Made by a program: the position numbers and the translations under genes
The notes under the pieces: model-generated
What the model saw: the letters and a program-made list of their open reading frames with translations, nothing else
Told to the model about the DNA's origin: nothing
The model's database searches: none
Shown: positions 22,056 to 35,860 of the stretch, piece after piece
How positions within the stretch are numbered: the first letter of the stretch is position 1
Layout of the letters: every line of letters starts with the position of its first letter
Assembly (NCBI RefSeq): GCF_006345805.1
Contig: NW_021834823.1
Coordinates: 1 to 45,482 of the forward strand
Reading direction: 5' to 3'
Source: Octopus sinensis
Taxonomy: Eukaryota
DNA length: 45,482 bases

Positions 22056-24640
22056 CTGTATCTATCTATCTATCTATCTATCTATATTATATCTGTGTGT
22101 GTGTGTGTGTGTGTTTGTCTCCCATCATCACTTGGCAACTGGTGTTGCTATGTTTACATCTTGTGATATAGCAGTTTGGCAAAAGGGATCAATAGAATAG
22201 GTGCCATGCTTAAAAATAAAAGAGTATTGGGGTCGAATCTTCAAGACAATGCTCCAGCATGGCCACAGTTTAATGACTGAAACAAATAATTGGAAAAAAA
22301 ATGATGTAAGAAAAAAAAATAATAAAAGACAAACTAGACCATATGCCATATTCTTAGTTCCAGAAATTTGGGTTTAAAATGAAGAATGGTGAAATAATTG
22401 CAAGAAATATGGATTTATGCCATCAGAATAAAAACTAGTTTTTCTATTATTAAACTGCAATTATGAGAGATCAGCTGAATATTTTCAAAGTTCCAGCAAC
22501 TGCGCTTCCATATTTGATCATTTTGAAAATTCTATTTCGGTAGCATTCCATATACCTCTTACACAAGACAGTTTTAGAATTTTTCTTCTAAACTTCAGGA
22601 AATATTAAGCATCAGAGGCTAAAAACAGGATATGAGTCAAAGAAACGAAGCTATATATGCCTGGTGGTTCTATAAATTACTGCTGAGTGACTTTGATTAT
22701 GAAATATCCAAAAACAAAAGAAGTGAAGAATTTAACCAAAATATCTTTGCACAAATGCTGCATTAATATGGCTGCTTAATTTAGCATGCTTGTTACAAAC
22801 TTTGACTTTTCCCCACCTCCCACCACTTTTACTGCCTCATTATGTTGCCTCCTCCATCGTTCACCTCACACACAACTCACACCACCTACAATTGGTTCTG
22901 CCATTTGTTACTTCTTCAAACCCCGCCCCATCAACCAAACATTAATTCTTTAATTTTTCCAGTTTTCATCTGGAATTCTGTAACCATAATGATAATTTTT
23001 CTATATAGCTTCTCTCTCTCTCTTCTTATCTCAATCTCTCTCTTTCTCTTTCTCTTTTCTCTCTCACTCTTTCCCTCCAGGGAAGAGGAGCAACAACTCA
23101 AAATATTAAATTTTTTCATTCCTCGCAGCTAATTATCTTGCAGAACTCGTTGGTAATGTCTCTCATTACACTTACTCATTTACTTATTTTAGTCACGAGA
23201 CTGTGGCCATGCTGGGGCAGCACACAAAGGGCTGTTTTAATCATTCAATCCACTGTTAACACAAAATTTTAAAATCTGATTCTTCTTTTAATGAAATTTA
23301 TTTATGTATCGCTACATTTTAGTGCCTGAATACAGATACTATCAATAGTTTCTGAAGCGGTAAAAGAACTTGATGATAGATTTAGAAATACACACACACA
23401 CACACAAACACACACAAACACACACACACAAACACACATACACACACACATACGCACAAACATGTATGTGTGTATATATGTGACTATATATATACTTTTA
23501 GCGATTTCTTTTCCTTCTTTGGACATTTATCCTTCTCCTCTCCAACAAAAAGCTGTACCCAAAATGTTAAAGATCTCTTTTTAACAAGTATCAAACTAAT
23601 ATATTACTTGTACACATCCTCATCATCATAATTTTATTATTCGTTTATTTGAATTGATTGTTTATTCAAACCGACTATATATATATATATATATGTTTGT
23701 ATGTATGTGTATATGTTTGTATGTGTATATATATATATATACACATAGGTGTAGGAGTGGCTGTGTGGTAAGTAGCTTGTTTACCAACCACATGGTCCGG
23801 GTTCAGTCCCACTGCGTGGCACCTTGGGCAGGTGTCTTCTACTATAGCCTCGGGCCAACCAAAGCCTTGTGAGTGGATTTGGTAGTTGGAAACTGAAAGA
23901 AGCCCATCGTATATATGTATATATATGTGTGTGTGTTTGTGTGTCTGTGTTTGTCCCCCTAGCATTGCTTGACAACCGATGCTGGTGTGTTTATGTCCCT
24001 GTTACTTAGCTGTTCAGCAAAAGAGGCCGATAAAATAAGTACTGGGCTTACAAAAGAATAAGTCCCGGGGTCAAGTTGGTCTATTAAAGGTGGTGCTCCA
24101 GCATGGCCGCAGTCAAATGACTGAAGCAAGTAAAAGAGTAAAGAGTAAAGAGTATATATATATGCATACAAACATATATATATATATACATACAAACATA
24201 TATATATATATAATATATATATATATATATACATACAAACATATATGTATATATATGTTTGTATGTATTATTAATTTTATATGGTTGCATACATAAGTAA
24301 AATGAAAGTTTAGTTTTTGTAATTTTCTTTTATTATTTATTAATCTTATTTGAATTAAATTATGGCTTGTACAGTAAGGTTCATCGAATCTATTTGCACA
24401 TACGCACACTTATCTGTTAGAATTAAAATATAGTATATGGTAACGAACTATGATAAAGTTATTTAGAGGCCTGATGATTGGGGTTACATTTTAAGAAAGG
24501 TTCCTGTAAAACACTGCATGTTTAAAGAACTGTAAAAGAATGTCAAGAAACATGCGTAGCAGAGATTTAGAAATGAGTAGGAAGTATTAACTTAAAATTC
24601 TTTTATATGGTGTGATGACGGGGACTGCTATCTCTAAATA

Positions 24641-24686
<46 letters not shown>

Positions 24687-25404
24687 TGTGTGTGTATGTA
24701 TGTATGTATATATATATATATATATTATATCACGACAGGCTTCCTTCAGTTTCCATCTACCAAATCCACTCACAAGGCTTTGGTTGGCCCGAAGTTATAG
24801 TAGAAGACACTTGCCCAAGGTGCCATGCAGTGGGACTGAACCCGGAACCATGTGGTTGGTAAGCAAGCTACTTACCACACAGCAACTCCTGTATATATAT
24901 ATACATAATATTACTTTGAAGTCACTGTCAACTCTATTGTTGGAAAAGAATAAGAAATAGGTGCAAGCAAGGCTGTATGTTAAAAAGTTTGTTTCCCAAC
25001 CACATGGTTCCAGGTTCAGTCCCACAGCAAGGCACCTTGGACAACAATCTTATACTATAGCCACAGGCTGACCAAAACCTTGTGAATAAATTTGGTGGAC
25101 AAAAACTGAAAGAAGCCCATTGTATCTGTGTGTGTGTGAGTTTTAAGTGCCTTAGCTGCTAGAGATAAGGTAGGCTTATGATCTTTTTTCAGGCAGAAAC
25201 ACACATGTGTGACAGTCAGCTTATTTCCATCTATAACAACTGTCCTTTTGCTAAATGCCTCAATAATATATTCTTCCAACTCATGCTGGCATAGAAAAAC
25301 AGATGTAAAACGATCAAAAATATATATGTATATATTTGTATTTAAAAATTTTTTCTGAGCCCTAGGACTCATAGTCATATATATATGTATGTTATAATAT
25401 ATAA

Positions 25405-25462
<58 letters not shown>

Positions 25463-25463
25463 T

Positions 25464-25507
<44 letters not shown>

Positions 25508-25914
25508 ATATATATCTTTATATATATATATATATATAAATCTTTATGTATATTATATATATGTAATAATTACTATGAAGCATTGTGTAGAATATATTGC
25601 ATAAAGGATTGTGAGTAAGGCCAGAACAAAGTGAAGTAATCATCATCATCATCATCTAATGTCCATTTCCATGCTGACGGTTTGACTGACAGATTGGACG
25701 GTTTGACACTATTTATTTGTGTGTCTGTGTTTTTTCTGCCCACCATTGCTTGACAACCGATCTTGGTGTGTTCATGTACCTGCAACTTAGCAGTTCAACA
25801 AAGTCCTCGGGTTGATTTGTTTGACTAAACGCAGTGCTCCAGCATGGCTGGAGTCAAATGGCTGAAATAAGTAAAAAAGTAAAAGAGTTCACGTATATAT
25901 ATATATATATATAA

Positions 25915-26135
25915 TGTTCCTTCTCAAGCCATGCCAGGCCCATAGGGGCTGGTTTCCCAGTTTCAGTGGCAAAGAAATTCCCCACCTGGAAGGGACACCA
26001 GTCCGTCACAGCGTTACTCATTTTTGCCAGCTGAGTGGACTGGAACAACGTGAAAATGCATCGCCCGGTCCAGAAATCGAAACCACAGCCTTATGATCAT
26101 GAGGTTCAATACCCTAACCACTAAGCCATGCACCC
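25915..26135 (-). mobile_element. SINE with tRNA-like head, CORE-like centre and the C' tail
   Basis: Reverse complement ATGGCTTAGTGGTTAGGG..GGTTTCGAT..CCACTCAGCTGGCAAAAATGAGT..CCAGGTGGGGAA..GGCATGGCTTGAGAA. Confidence 0.7.
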
Positions 26136-26330
26136 CCACGTATATATATGTATACGTTTACATGAAAACATTTCTATATAATAAAATGAATTGTTTACAC
26201 CTGGAATTGATGCAAGATGTGTTGAAACAATTGTTGGGATTGAGAATAAATTCTTGCATATTCCATCTTCTGTCTTTCATTAGCAAAAACATTTTCATCT
26301 ATATATGTATGTGTATATATTCATATATTC

Positions 26331-26399
<69 letters not shown>

Positions 26400-27144
26400 G
26401 TGGTGTGTGTCTGTGTGTATATATGTATGTATGTACACACACACTATGTATGTATACATATGCATATATACATATATATACATATACATTACATATGCAT
26501 ATTATATACATATATACATATATATATATATACATACATATATATATGTATATATATATATATACCACATATATATACATACATATATATATATATATAA
26601 TATATATATATAGATATATATATATACTTATATATAATATACATAAACATACATATATATATATATATATATATTCACACACACATCCATCTGTCTCTTG
26701 AATATCATTCCTAATATGACTGTTCATCAGTAGAATGCTAAATAGTAGAAAATGGGTGTTATTAGACGCCATCAATTATTGGAACCGAAATGCAGTTGTC
26801 TAAGGAAATTTGATCTTATTTGCAGGCAGAAAATGGAGATTCCATTGGAAAGATTTATGGCACTGTCACTGTTTGTTTCATATTGTGATGAATTGCACAC
26901 TTCGGAAAACAAAAAAGAACAAAAAGATAAACACAAATGAAATCTTTCTTTTTTTAAGAGAGTGAGAAAGAGAAAGGGAGGCAAAGAAGGAGAGAGAGAG
27001 AGAGAGAGTCAGAGAGAGGAGAGGAGAGGAGAGAGGGAGAAAGGGAGAGAGACCAAGAATGCAATGTAGTAATTCTTTATTACTATGCAAGGGGTATAGA
27101 AAGCACTTCAATTATTTATATATATACATACATATATGATAGAT

Positions 27145-27320
27145 CGGTAGTCACTACACACGTTTTTTCTCTCCTTGTTTCTTTCTGCATTCCTTTCCGT
27201 GGAAGAGCATAGGCTCGAAACGTTAAAGACTTTTCAATTCCCGAGTGTTATACTAATACATTTGTTTGTTTTCTACACCACCTGTCTTCGTATTTTGTTT
27301 TTTTTTCATGAATTCTCCCT
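27145..27320 (+). mobile_element. Penelope-like terminal fragment with hammerhead-like motif (copies at 27770-27873 and 36078-36252; related 45330-45482; very decayed 23510-23620)
   Basis: TTTTTCTCTCCTTGTTT..CTTT-C(T/C)GTNGA-A-GAGC.TAG.GCTC-GAAA(C/T)GT.AAAG..TATACTAATACAT in three copies. Confidence 0.65.
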
Positions 27321-27323
27321 CAT

Positions 27324-27360
<37 letters not shown>

Positions 27361-27361
27361 C

Positions 27362-27592
27362 AATAATAATAAAGGGTAAAATTTATTAATTAACTAGTAA
27401 TTAAAAACTCCACCAAGTAGAATTTGGCATGTTAAAAGGACTATTTTTTGGTAAAATTATGAGTATAATTATAATTAGCGTTCAGCCAAGATTTGCTTTA
27501 CCACATACTGAACTTTAGAAATAGCTGCGATTTCTAAAGTTCGGTATGTGGTAAAGCAAATCTTTGCTGAACACTAATTATACTCGTAATTA
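27362..27592. mobile_element. Fold-back element in (TA)n with inverted arms of about 65 bp
   Basis: ..GATTTGCTTTACCACATACTGAACTTTAGAAAT / ATTTCTAAAGTTCGGTATGTGGTAAAGCAAATC.., loop of about 7 nt. Confidence 0.8.
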
Positions 27593-27627
27593 CAAAATAT
27601 TATATTTATATATACTCACGTACATAC

Positions 27628-27692
<65 letters not shown>

Positions 27693-28631
27693 TATATATA
27701 CACCTTTTACTTGTTTCAGTCATTAGACTGTAGCCATGCTGGGGCACAGCCTTCCTTATATATATATATATTTTTTCTCTCCTTGTTTTTTTCTGTGTAT
27801 CTTTCTGTCGAAGAGCGTAGGCTCGAAACGTAAAAGACTTTTGCTATTCCTGAGCGCTATACTAATACATTTGTATAAATGTATATATAGACAGATAGAT
27901 AATAGATAGATAGATAGGTTTAAGTTAAGAGACAGAATCACCCTCAAACAACTCAATCATCATTGAATGACATTATCCACAATAGGTACATATAGGACTA
28001 AATATTAAAATTATCAAAATTAATACCTTCAATTCTTATTCCAAATTAGCAAAATTAATACCTTCAAATCTTATTTCAAATCATATACTTTACTAAGCAT
28101 GTTTCATGACAGCATATTCCTCGATATTGCTGAAATAGAATGTCTCTAAATACAATACCATATTAAAATGATTATATTGCCAATCTTCAGGTCAATCTTA
28201 TATGAACTTATTTTGCTATTTACATCGTACATAAAGACATGACAAACTAAAATCATATAACTAGAAGTTGTTGGAATAATTTTACTTTAGTAAATAATGA
28301 ACAGAAATGTGGAATAAAAGTAGGAAAAAGAAATGCTAACTTATATGTATGGTAATTTTCTCTCCATGAATTAAACATGGCTACTAGCAATCGTATAATC
28401 CAACATTGAGAGCTACATTATGGGGGAAGTAATTCTTATTGACATTTAAAAGTTCTTAAAAGGTATTTTCTATTATTTATATCTGACTTTGTCACTGATA
28501 TGTATGTGTGACTATGTGTAAATATACTTTTATTCATCACTGTATATCATTATTTAAATATGAGCCAAGGTGGTGCCACAGCATGGCCACAGTCCAATGA
28601 CTAAAACAAGTAAAAGATAACAGGTGAAAGA

Positions 28632-29412
28632 TATATATATATATAATTAATAATATCAAGGTAATAAAGATTTTAGAAATTTTTACTACGAAGTGGCCTA
28701 GCGTACAAAATATTAGTCATTAGACTATATATTATTCATATTAAATACAGTGTACATTAAAACACATTAAGAGGCTTCCATCATAGGAATCCTGTACGCT
28801 AGAAAGAACAGCTAAAGTTTGAACTATAACTGTTCTTTCTAGTGTATGATGGAAGCACTCCGTCGGTTACGACGACGAGGGTTCCGGTTGATCCGATCAA
28901 CGGAACAGCCTGCTCATGAAATTAACGTGCAAGTGGCTGAGCACTCCACAGACACGTGCACCCTTAACGTAGTTCTCGGGGATATTCAGCGTGACACAGA
29001 GAGTGACAAGGCCGGCCCTTTGAAATACAGGTACAACAGAAACAGGAAGTAAGAGTGAGAGAAAGTTGTGGTGAAAGAGTACAGCAGGGATCACCACCAT
29101 CCCTGCCGGAGCCTCGTGGAGCTTTTGGGTGTTTTCGCTCAATAAACACTCACAACGCCCGGTCTGGGAATCGAAACCGCGATCCTATGACTGCGAGTCC
29201 GCTGCCCTAACCACTGGGCCATTGCGCCTCCACGTATAGGATTTCTAGCGTATAGGATTCCTATAATGGAAGTCTCTTAATGTGTTTTAATATACACTGT
29301 ATTTAATATGAATAATATATAGTCTAATGACTAATATTTTGTACGCTAGGCCACTTGGTAGTAAAAATTTCTAAAATCTTTATTACCTTGATATTATTAA
29401 TTATATATATAT
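28632..29412. mobile_element. Fold-back element with inverted arms of about 180 bp in (TA)n, SINE C inserted near the axis
   Basis: 28632-28811 is the reverse complement of 28830-28846 plus 29243-29412 with few mismatches. Confidence 0.9.
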
Positions 29413-29424
29413 ATAGAGAGAGAG

Positions 29425-29533
<109 letters not shown>

Positions 29534-30915
29534 TACCTATGTATGAAGGCAGGTATATTTGAATGATTTTGTTTGTGTTAATGTATGTTTTATTCTCTCT
29601 CTATCCACTATCGAGCTTATTGCTTCTCACGTATTTGGCAGTGATTAAGATATGTATGTGTGTGTGTGTGTGTGCTCATTAGTGTGTCTGTATCTGAAAG
29701 CATGAATTTCTATGCTTAAATTTAAATGTTTTTTTATCATAACCAGATTCTCTTAATCGACAACCAGTTGAATCAACAAACTTCGCATTTCTTCTTTTTC
29801 TACATTATTAGTATCATTGCTGTTGTTATTATTATTATTTTTGTTGCTGTTGTTATTATTATTATTATTATCAAATATATGTTGTTATTTAATTATTTGT
29901 TTTTAGTAAAACTTTGTAGTCTTTCTTAATATGAAGACACCATCAGGAACATACAATTTTTAAAATTCCTTAAAAAAATTTGTTTAAAACATTATAAAGC
30001 AAAATAAAAATAGTTTGGGGAAATAAAATTAACGCAAAAAAGAAAAGAACGGAAAAAGAAAAACAAACAAGTAAAAAGAAAGAAAGAATGAAAGAAAGGA
30101 AGAACAAGATTTTGGAAAGAAAATCCTTATTCAAATTTGATTTAGTTTTAAATGGGTTTTTTATTTTTATTTTTTTGTCCTCCGGTATAGAAATCCACTT
30201 GAAACACTTGACCAATATAGAAAAATTTATTCTATTCAATGGCCATCCAAAAAAATTCCTCAAGAAAACTGATTCCTTAGGAAACCATCCTGAAGAAACA
30301 AATTACACGGAGAGTAAATAATATTTTGTTTACTCCGAGCTGTTGCAACTATATCTAATAAAATACGCCCCAGTTCTCGTGGGGTAGAGAAGGGGGGGAC
30401 CTCATTCTTTCTTTCTTTCTTGCTTTCTTTTCTTGTTTATTAAATAACGAAACGGTAAGGCATTGATAACTGGAAATTAATTTATAATCTGTCTAAACTC
30501 TTCGTAGTCCATCTGCAAAGAAGTCAGAATTTATTTTCAGTTGATGCTATTAAATTAAAGATATATAGAATGGCAAATTGGTCTCTCACAGCTTTGGTTG
30601 TTCTTTTAAACTCGGAGATTTCTCTGTGATTAATATGTTGTTACCGTACAAGCAGTATTATCAAAGTAAGACAGAATTTTGTAGAATTAATCAACACTAG
30701 TTGTTATTGCATTCACAGAACTACAAAGCTTGTTATTCTTACTTTTTCCCCAAAAATATTTTATCGATGTCATGGCTGTGTCGTTAAATAAATCGTTTTA
30801 CAACAATTTGAGTGGTTTTGGGCTCACTTCCATTGTGTGGCACCATTGGCAATTATTTTCTGCAATGATTTTGCAAGGATGTGGATTTTGTTGATGGAAA
30901 CTGTAGGAAGCCCTT

Positions 30916-30953
<38 letters not shown>

Positions 30954-31234
30954 ATATTTAACAATTAAGGATAACTTCTTAATAAGGAATCTTAACAAGA
31001 AATTATCAGGTAGTTAGCGTGAAAACCTCATAAAAGAAAAGAATTCGAAAATAATTTTTTTCTTTTGAACAAATTAATTATATCTATATTGTATAGAGGG
31101 CATTATTACACATAAATGCCTCACACTAAGAGGGACAAAGTCATTACTACCAAAATTACACTAATCATACCTAAATACAGTTCTTCAAAGCAAGACATTT
31201 AAAAAATGAATTTAGTTCTGTATCACCGTGATAT

Positions 31235-31265
<31 letters not shown>

Positions 31266-33227
31266 CAACATCATCATCATCATCATCGTTTAAAGTTCGT
31301 TTTCCATGCTAGCATGGGTTGGACGGTTCGACTGGAGTCTGGGAAGCCAGGAGGCTGCACCAGGCTCCAGTCATAATAGGTACATTACAGATAAATATAC
31401 TGAATTGGTCTATTGATCAATAGAGGTAAATTGAATGACCTAAGAAAATTAATGCTACTTTCGTCAGAGACATTTCAAGAAATGTGTGTGTGTATATGTG
31501 TGTGTATGTGTGTATGTGTGTGCATATGCATGTGTGTGACTGTGTGTGTGTGCTTGTGTGTGTTCACGTGTGTGTGTTGTGTGTGTGTGCTCCTGTTCTG
31601 ACAATATATGATGGTTCTAAACGAGTGTCTCTCCCTGTCATACAAGCAATGTTATTTGTTTCTAGTCTTTTACTTCGGGTTAGCAACAGGAAGGGCATCC
31701 AGCCCATTGAATATTTGCCTCAAAAATTTCCATCTGACCCATGCAAACATTGAAAAGTAGACGTTAAAACAACTAAGATGATGAGGAAGAGGAGGCGGTG
31801 GATGCTGTTGATGATGATGTAGATGATGACGACGACGACAATGATTAAGATGATGACAACGATGACAATAATCATGATGATGATGACAGTGATGATGATG
31901 ATCATCATCATCATCATCATCGGGAGGTGGAAGAGGAGGATAATGAGGATGATGATGTTGATGACAACGATAACAACGATGATGATGATAACGATGACAA
32001 TGATCATGATGAAGATGACAGTGATGATGATGATGAGGAGGAGGATGATGATGATGATGATGATGATGACAGAAGCCAATGCTACATAAACCTATATTGA
32101 ACCACTAAGCTATATAAAGCTATATTCATTACTGAAACTGACGAAGATCCATTTTCAATTTTAATTATACTCCATTATACATTTATATTATGCAAATCAG
32201 GCTGCTTAACAGATCAATAATCAATACATATTGTAAATATACCCTCACGTGATAGCATTCATATTCGGGGAGATTAAAATTTTATATTGCAACATTGATT
32301 ATACATTTTTAGCTCTTTTTCCCCTCTTTCACATTTTCTGTTTAATTTCTGCGATTCCAATCCGCTCTTTAACCCTTCGATTGCCATATTTTAATCAAAT
32401 ATACTCCCCATGTGTGTTTCTATTAATTATTGAAATTACCATGAATTTAATTACGTTTAATAAAAATAATTAACTTTTACGTTAATTTCCATATATGGTT
32501 AAGTGTTTAGAACCTAACGCGTGAAAAGTGGGTTTAGACATAGCTGGGTGTGTGTATCTGTGTTGTGTGGGGGGTTTAAAAAATTGATTCTATTGCTGTG
32601 TTGGGTTTAGGGTTTAGCACCACTGTGTGGTGGTAGTTTGCACAAGAGTTTTCAGTTACAGCATTGGAACTCAACTGGTGTCCATATGACCCTTCGGGGT
32701 CACTATAAGATTTTGTAGAAATTTATATGCAATAAATTGATTATAGGCATAGGAGTGGCTGTGTGGTAAGTAGCTTGCTTACCAACCACATGGTTCCGGG
32801 TTCAGTCCCACTGCGTGGCACCTTGGGCAAGTGTCTTCTACTATAGTCTTGGGCCGACCAAAGCCTTGTGAGTGGATTTGGTAGATGGAAACTGAAAAGA
32901 AGCCTGTCGTATATATGTCTATATATATATGCGCGTGTGTGTTTGTCCCCCTAGCATTGCTTGACAACCGATGCTGGTGTGTTTATGTCCCCGTTACTTA
33001 GCGGTTCAGCAAAAGAGACTGATAGAATAAGTACTGGGCTTACAAAAAGAATAAGTCCTGAGGTCGAGTTGCTCGATTAAAGGCGGTGCTCCAGCATGGC
33101 CGCAGTCAAATGACTGAAACAAGTAAAAGAGTAATACTTTTATAATACACAGAATAATCTAAAAACTTTTTTATTCTAAAATTCCTAATGATATTGAAGC
33201 CTTTAGCATTCAGATTTCTCAGTTAAA

Positions 33228-33600
33228 TCATCATCATCATCATCGTTTAACATCCGTTCTCCATGCTAGCATGGGTTGGACGGTTCGGCCGGGGATCTGG
33301 GAAGCCAGAAGGCTGCACCAGGCTCCAGTCTTATCTGGCAATGTTTCTACAGCTGGATGCCCTTCCTAATGCCAACCACTCCGTGAGTGTAGTGGGTGCT
33401 TTTTACGTGCCACCTGCACAGGTGCCAGGCGAGGCTGGCGATGGCCACGGTCGGATTGGTGCAATTTACGTGCCACCGGCACGGAAGCCAGTCAAGGCGG
33501 CGCTGGCATCGGCCACGATTCGGATAGTGCTTTTTACATACCACCAGTCCAGGGGTCCTGGCATCTGCCGGGTACCAGTCATAGGATTGGTTCAATTTCG
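33228..33600 (-). mobile_element. SINE family D with RTE-like tail and (GAT)n end, containing an internal minisatellite (others: 31270-31372-, 31676-31770+, 33980-34480-, 39095-39255+, 42292-42485-, 44655-44807-)
   Basis: Conserved GTTGGC.TTAGGAAGGGCATCCAGC and CCAACCCATGCTAGCATGG..GTTAAACGATGATG; variable internal TACGTGCCACC repeats. Confidence 0.8.
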
Positions 33601-33978
33601 ATTCCGATTTCGATTTCGATTTCGATTTCGATCTCAGTTAAATGTAACGCTTATTTATTCACATTGATCTGAATTAGTCATGCATAACCGTGTAGTTATG
33701 AGATTTTGGTGATGTGATCGTCTATTTTTAGAATAATATTGTAGGGTAAGTGTGAGAGGCCAAATCTGGCCAGTTGGAAGATGAAACCCTGGGATATCAT
33801 TCTCTTCTGATCCTTTCCCTCATCACTAAATTTTTGATTCAGTCCTCTCCAAATACCCCTAGGCATTTGTAGCTCTCCACTGGTTCTAATTCCTTTATGG
33901 CATTCTGCTGATCAAGATTAACATTGGATGTTTCTGTCATTTTCACTTTGCTAAAGGTAGCTTTTGCACATTTACCTA

Positions 33979-34014
<36 letters not shown>

Positions 34015-34486
34015 GTTTAACATCCGTTTTCCATGCTAGCATGGGTTGGACGGTTTTGACTGAGGGCTGGCAACCAGATGGCTGCACCGGGCTCCAGTCT
34101 TGATCTGGCAGTGTTTCTACAGCTGGATGCCCTTCCTAACGCCAACCACTCCAAGAGTGTAGTGGGTGCTTTTTACATGCCACCTGCACGGGGGCCAGTC
34201 AGGCAGTACTGGCAATGACCTCGCTTGAATCTTTTTACACGTGCCACCGACACAGGTGCCAGTGAAGTGACGTTGGTAACGATCACGCTCGAATGGTGCC
34301 CTTTTATTGCCACAGGTATGGAAGCCAGTTGGCTGCTCTGGCAACAATCACAATGATCATGCTCGGATTGTGTTCTTGGCACCCTACTTAGCACAGGCAC
34401 AAGTGCCAGTAAGGCGACACTGGTAACGATCATACTTGAATAGCCTCTCTGTCAACGATCACACTCGTATGGTGCTCTTTGCATTA

Positions 34487-34539
<53 letters not shown>

Positions 34540-34559
34540 GTTATTGTTATTATTATTAT

Positions 34560-34803
34560 TCTCTGTTTGACTTTTGCTTTATATTTGTACAAGTTGGCTC
34601 CAAGTCTCACCCAGAAACCTGAAGAGACAACAGGTTGGAAGTTAACGTTGTTGTTATGCCTAGTGTGCCATATACTTGGTTGTTTTTTTTTTGGTGTTGT
34701 ACTAGTGGGTGTCTAAACAAAAAAATTTTTTTTAATTATGTTTGTTTTAAACCTTGAGATTACATAGAAAGTATTTTGCGTAGGATATGAGCAGTTCCCA
34801 TTA
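34560..34803 (-). mobile_element. R4/Dong-type 3' end (second subfamily); same 3' UTR at 40063-40217
   Basis: Reverse complement encodes MGTAHILRKILSM*, followed by a UTR shared with 40063-40217; both sit in (TAA)n. Confidence 0.7.
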
Positions 34804-34837
34804 TCATTATTATTTTTATTATTTTTTAATTATTATT

Positions 34838-34872
<35 letters not shown>

Positions 34873-34923
34873 TATTATTATCATCGTCATCATCATCATC
34901 ATCCATCATCATCATCATCATCA

Positions 34924-34974
<51 letters not shown>

Positions 34975-34975
<1 letters not shown>

Positions 34976-35553
34976 CCAGTAGTCCTATTTTTATCATGTG
35001 CTTTCACTGCACTACTATGTGCTGTGGTTTGGTTTGATGCTGTTATTTTCACTGTATAGAAAGTATTTTATGTAAGATGTGTGCGGTGCCTAGTAATGCT
35101 ATTTTCTGTATGCTATATATACTTGTTAGTCCTTGTGTTTTTTGTTATCTATTTGTCTGAATGTTTTCCTATCATACCTAAAGCCCCTATTATGAAAGGA
35201 ATCGTTGCCCTTCTTAAACTCCCCATTTTAGTTATCTCTATTTCCAAATCTTTGTAGTTTGAAAGTTTCTCCCATTCTTTTAGAGAAACAATAACTTCTG
35301 TTGGTATTGATATATCGATTGGAAGGCATTTCTTTCCTTGGTAATCTCTGACAACTATATCTGGCCTGTTGACCTTAATGTCTCTATCTGTGTGTTTTGG
35401 CATATTCCAGAGTATGGTTGCTTTCGCATTTTCTGTGACTTTTTCTGAGTTATGCCTATAATACCATCTCTTTTTCTGTTGTTACTCCATAGTGTTGGCA
35501 TAGCTTCCAGTGTATATAGGCCCCAACCCTATCGTGTCTGCGAATATATTTCT
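34975..35553 (-). mobile_element. R4/Dong-clade non-LTR retrotransposon, 5'-truncated, RLE domain
   Basis: YIRRHDRVGAYIHWKLCQHYG..ILWNMPKHTDRDIKVNRPDIVVRD..IDISIP..EKLSNYKDL..IPFIIGALG..LGTAHIL.KILSIQ* (RHD, RPD and PD-(D/E)xK-type motifs) with a frameshift and an in-frame stop. Confidence 0.9.
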
Positions 35554-35578
35554 TCTCCTTCTTCTTCTTCTTCTTCTT

Positions 35579-35646
<68 letters not shown>

Positions 35647-35677
35647 CATTATTATTGTTATTATTACCACCACCACC

Positions 35678-35860
35678 ACCTCTGCCTTAGCGAAGGCAGA
35701 GGTATTGTTTCCAGTCATGTTTGTTTTTCCATGGACAAGATATCTCAAGAACTGCAGGATGGATTCCGATAAAACTTTCAGAGATGTTTGGCCTTGTGAC
35801 TGGCAAAACTGATTAGATTTTGGGATTGATCCAATACCGGTCAACGATTCTGGATAATTT
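35678..35860 (+). mobile_element. Helentron-associated (HINE/DINE-1-like) non-autonomous element; apparent continuation at about 37030-37160
   Basis: 5' palindrome ACCTCTGCCTT-agcg-AAGGCAGAGGT, then GATGGATT..AAACTTT..TGATTAGATTTTGGGATTGATCC; GATC.AATACCGG.CAA.GATTCTGGAT repeated at about 37036. Confidence 0.6.

Noticed and set aside
28090-28195. Minus-strand CTGAAGA...GAAACATG hammerhead-like remnant
   Set aside because: U16.1 missing and stem I unpaired; too degenerate to call
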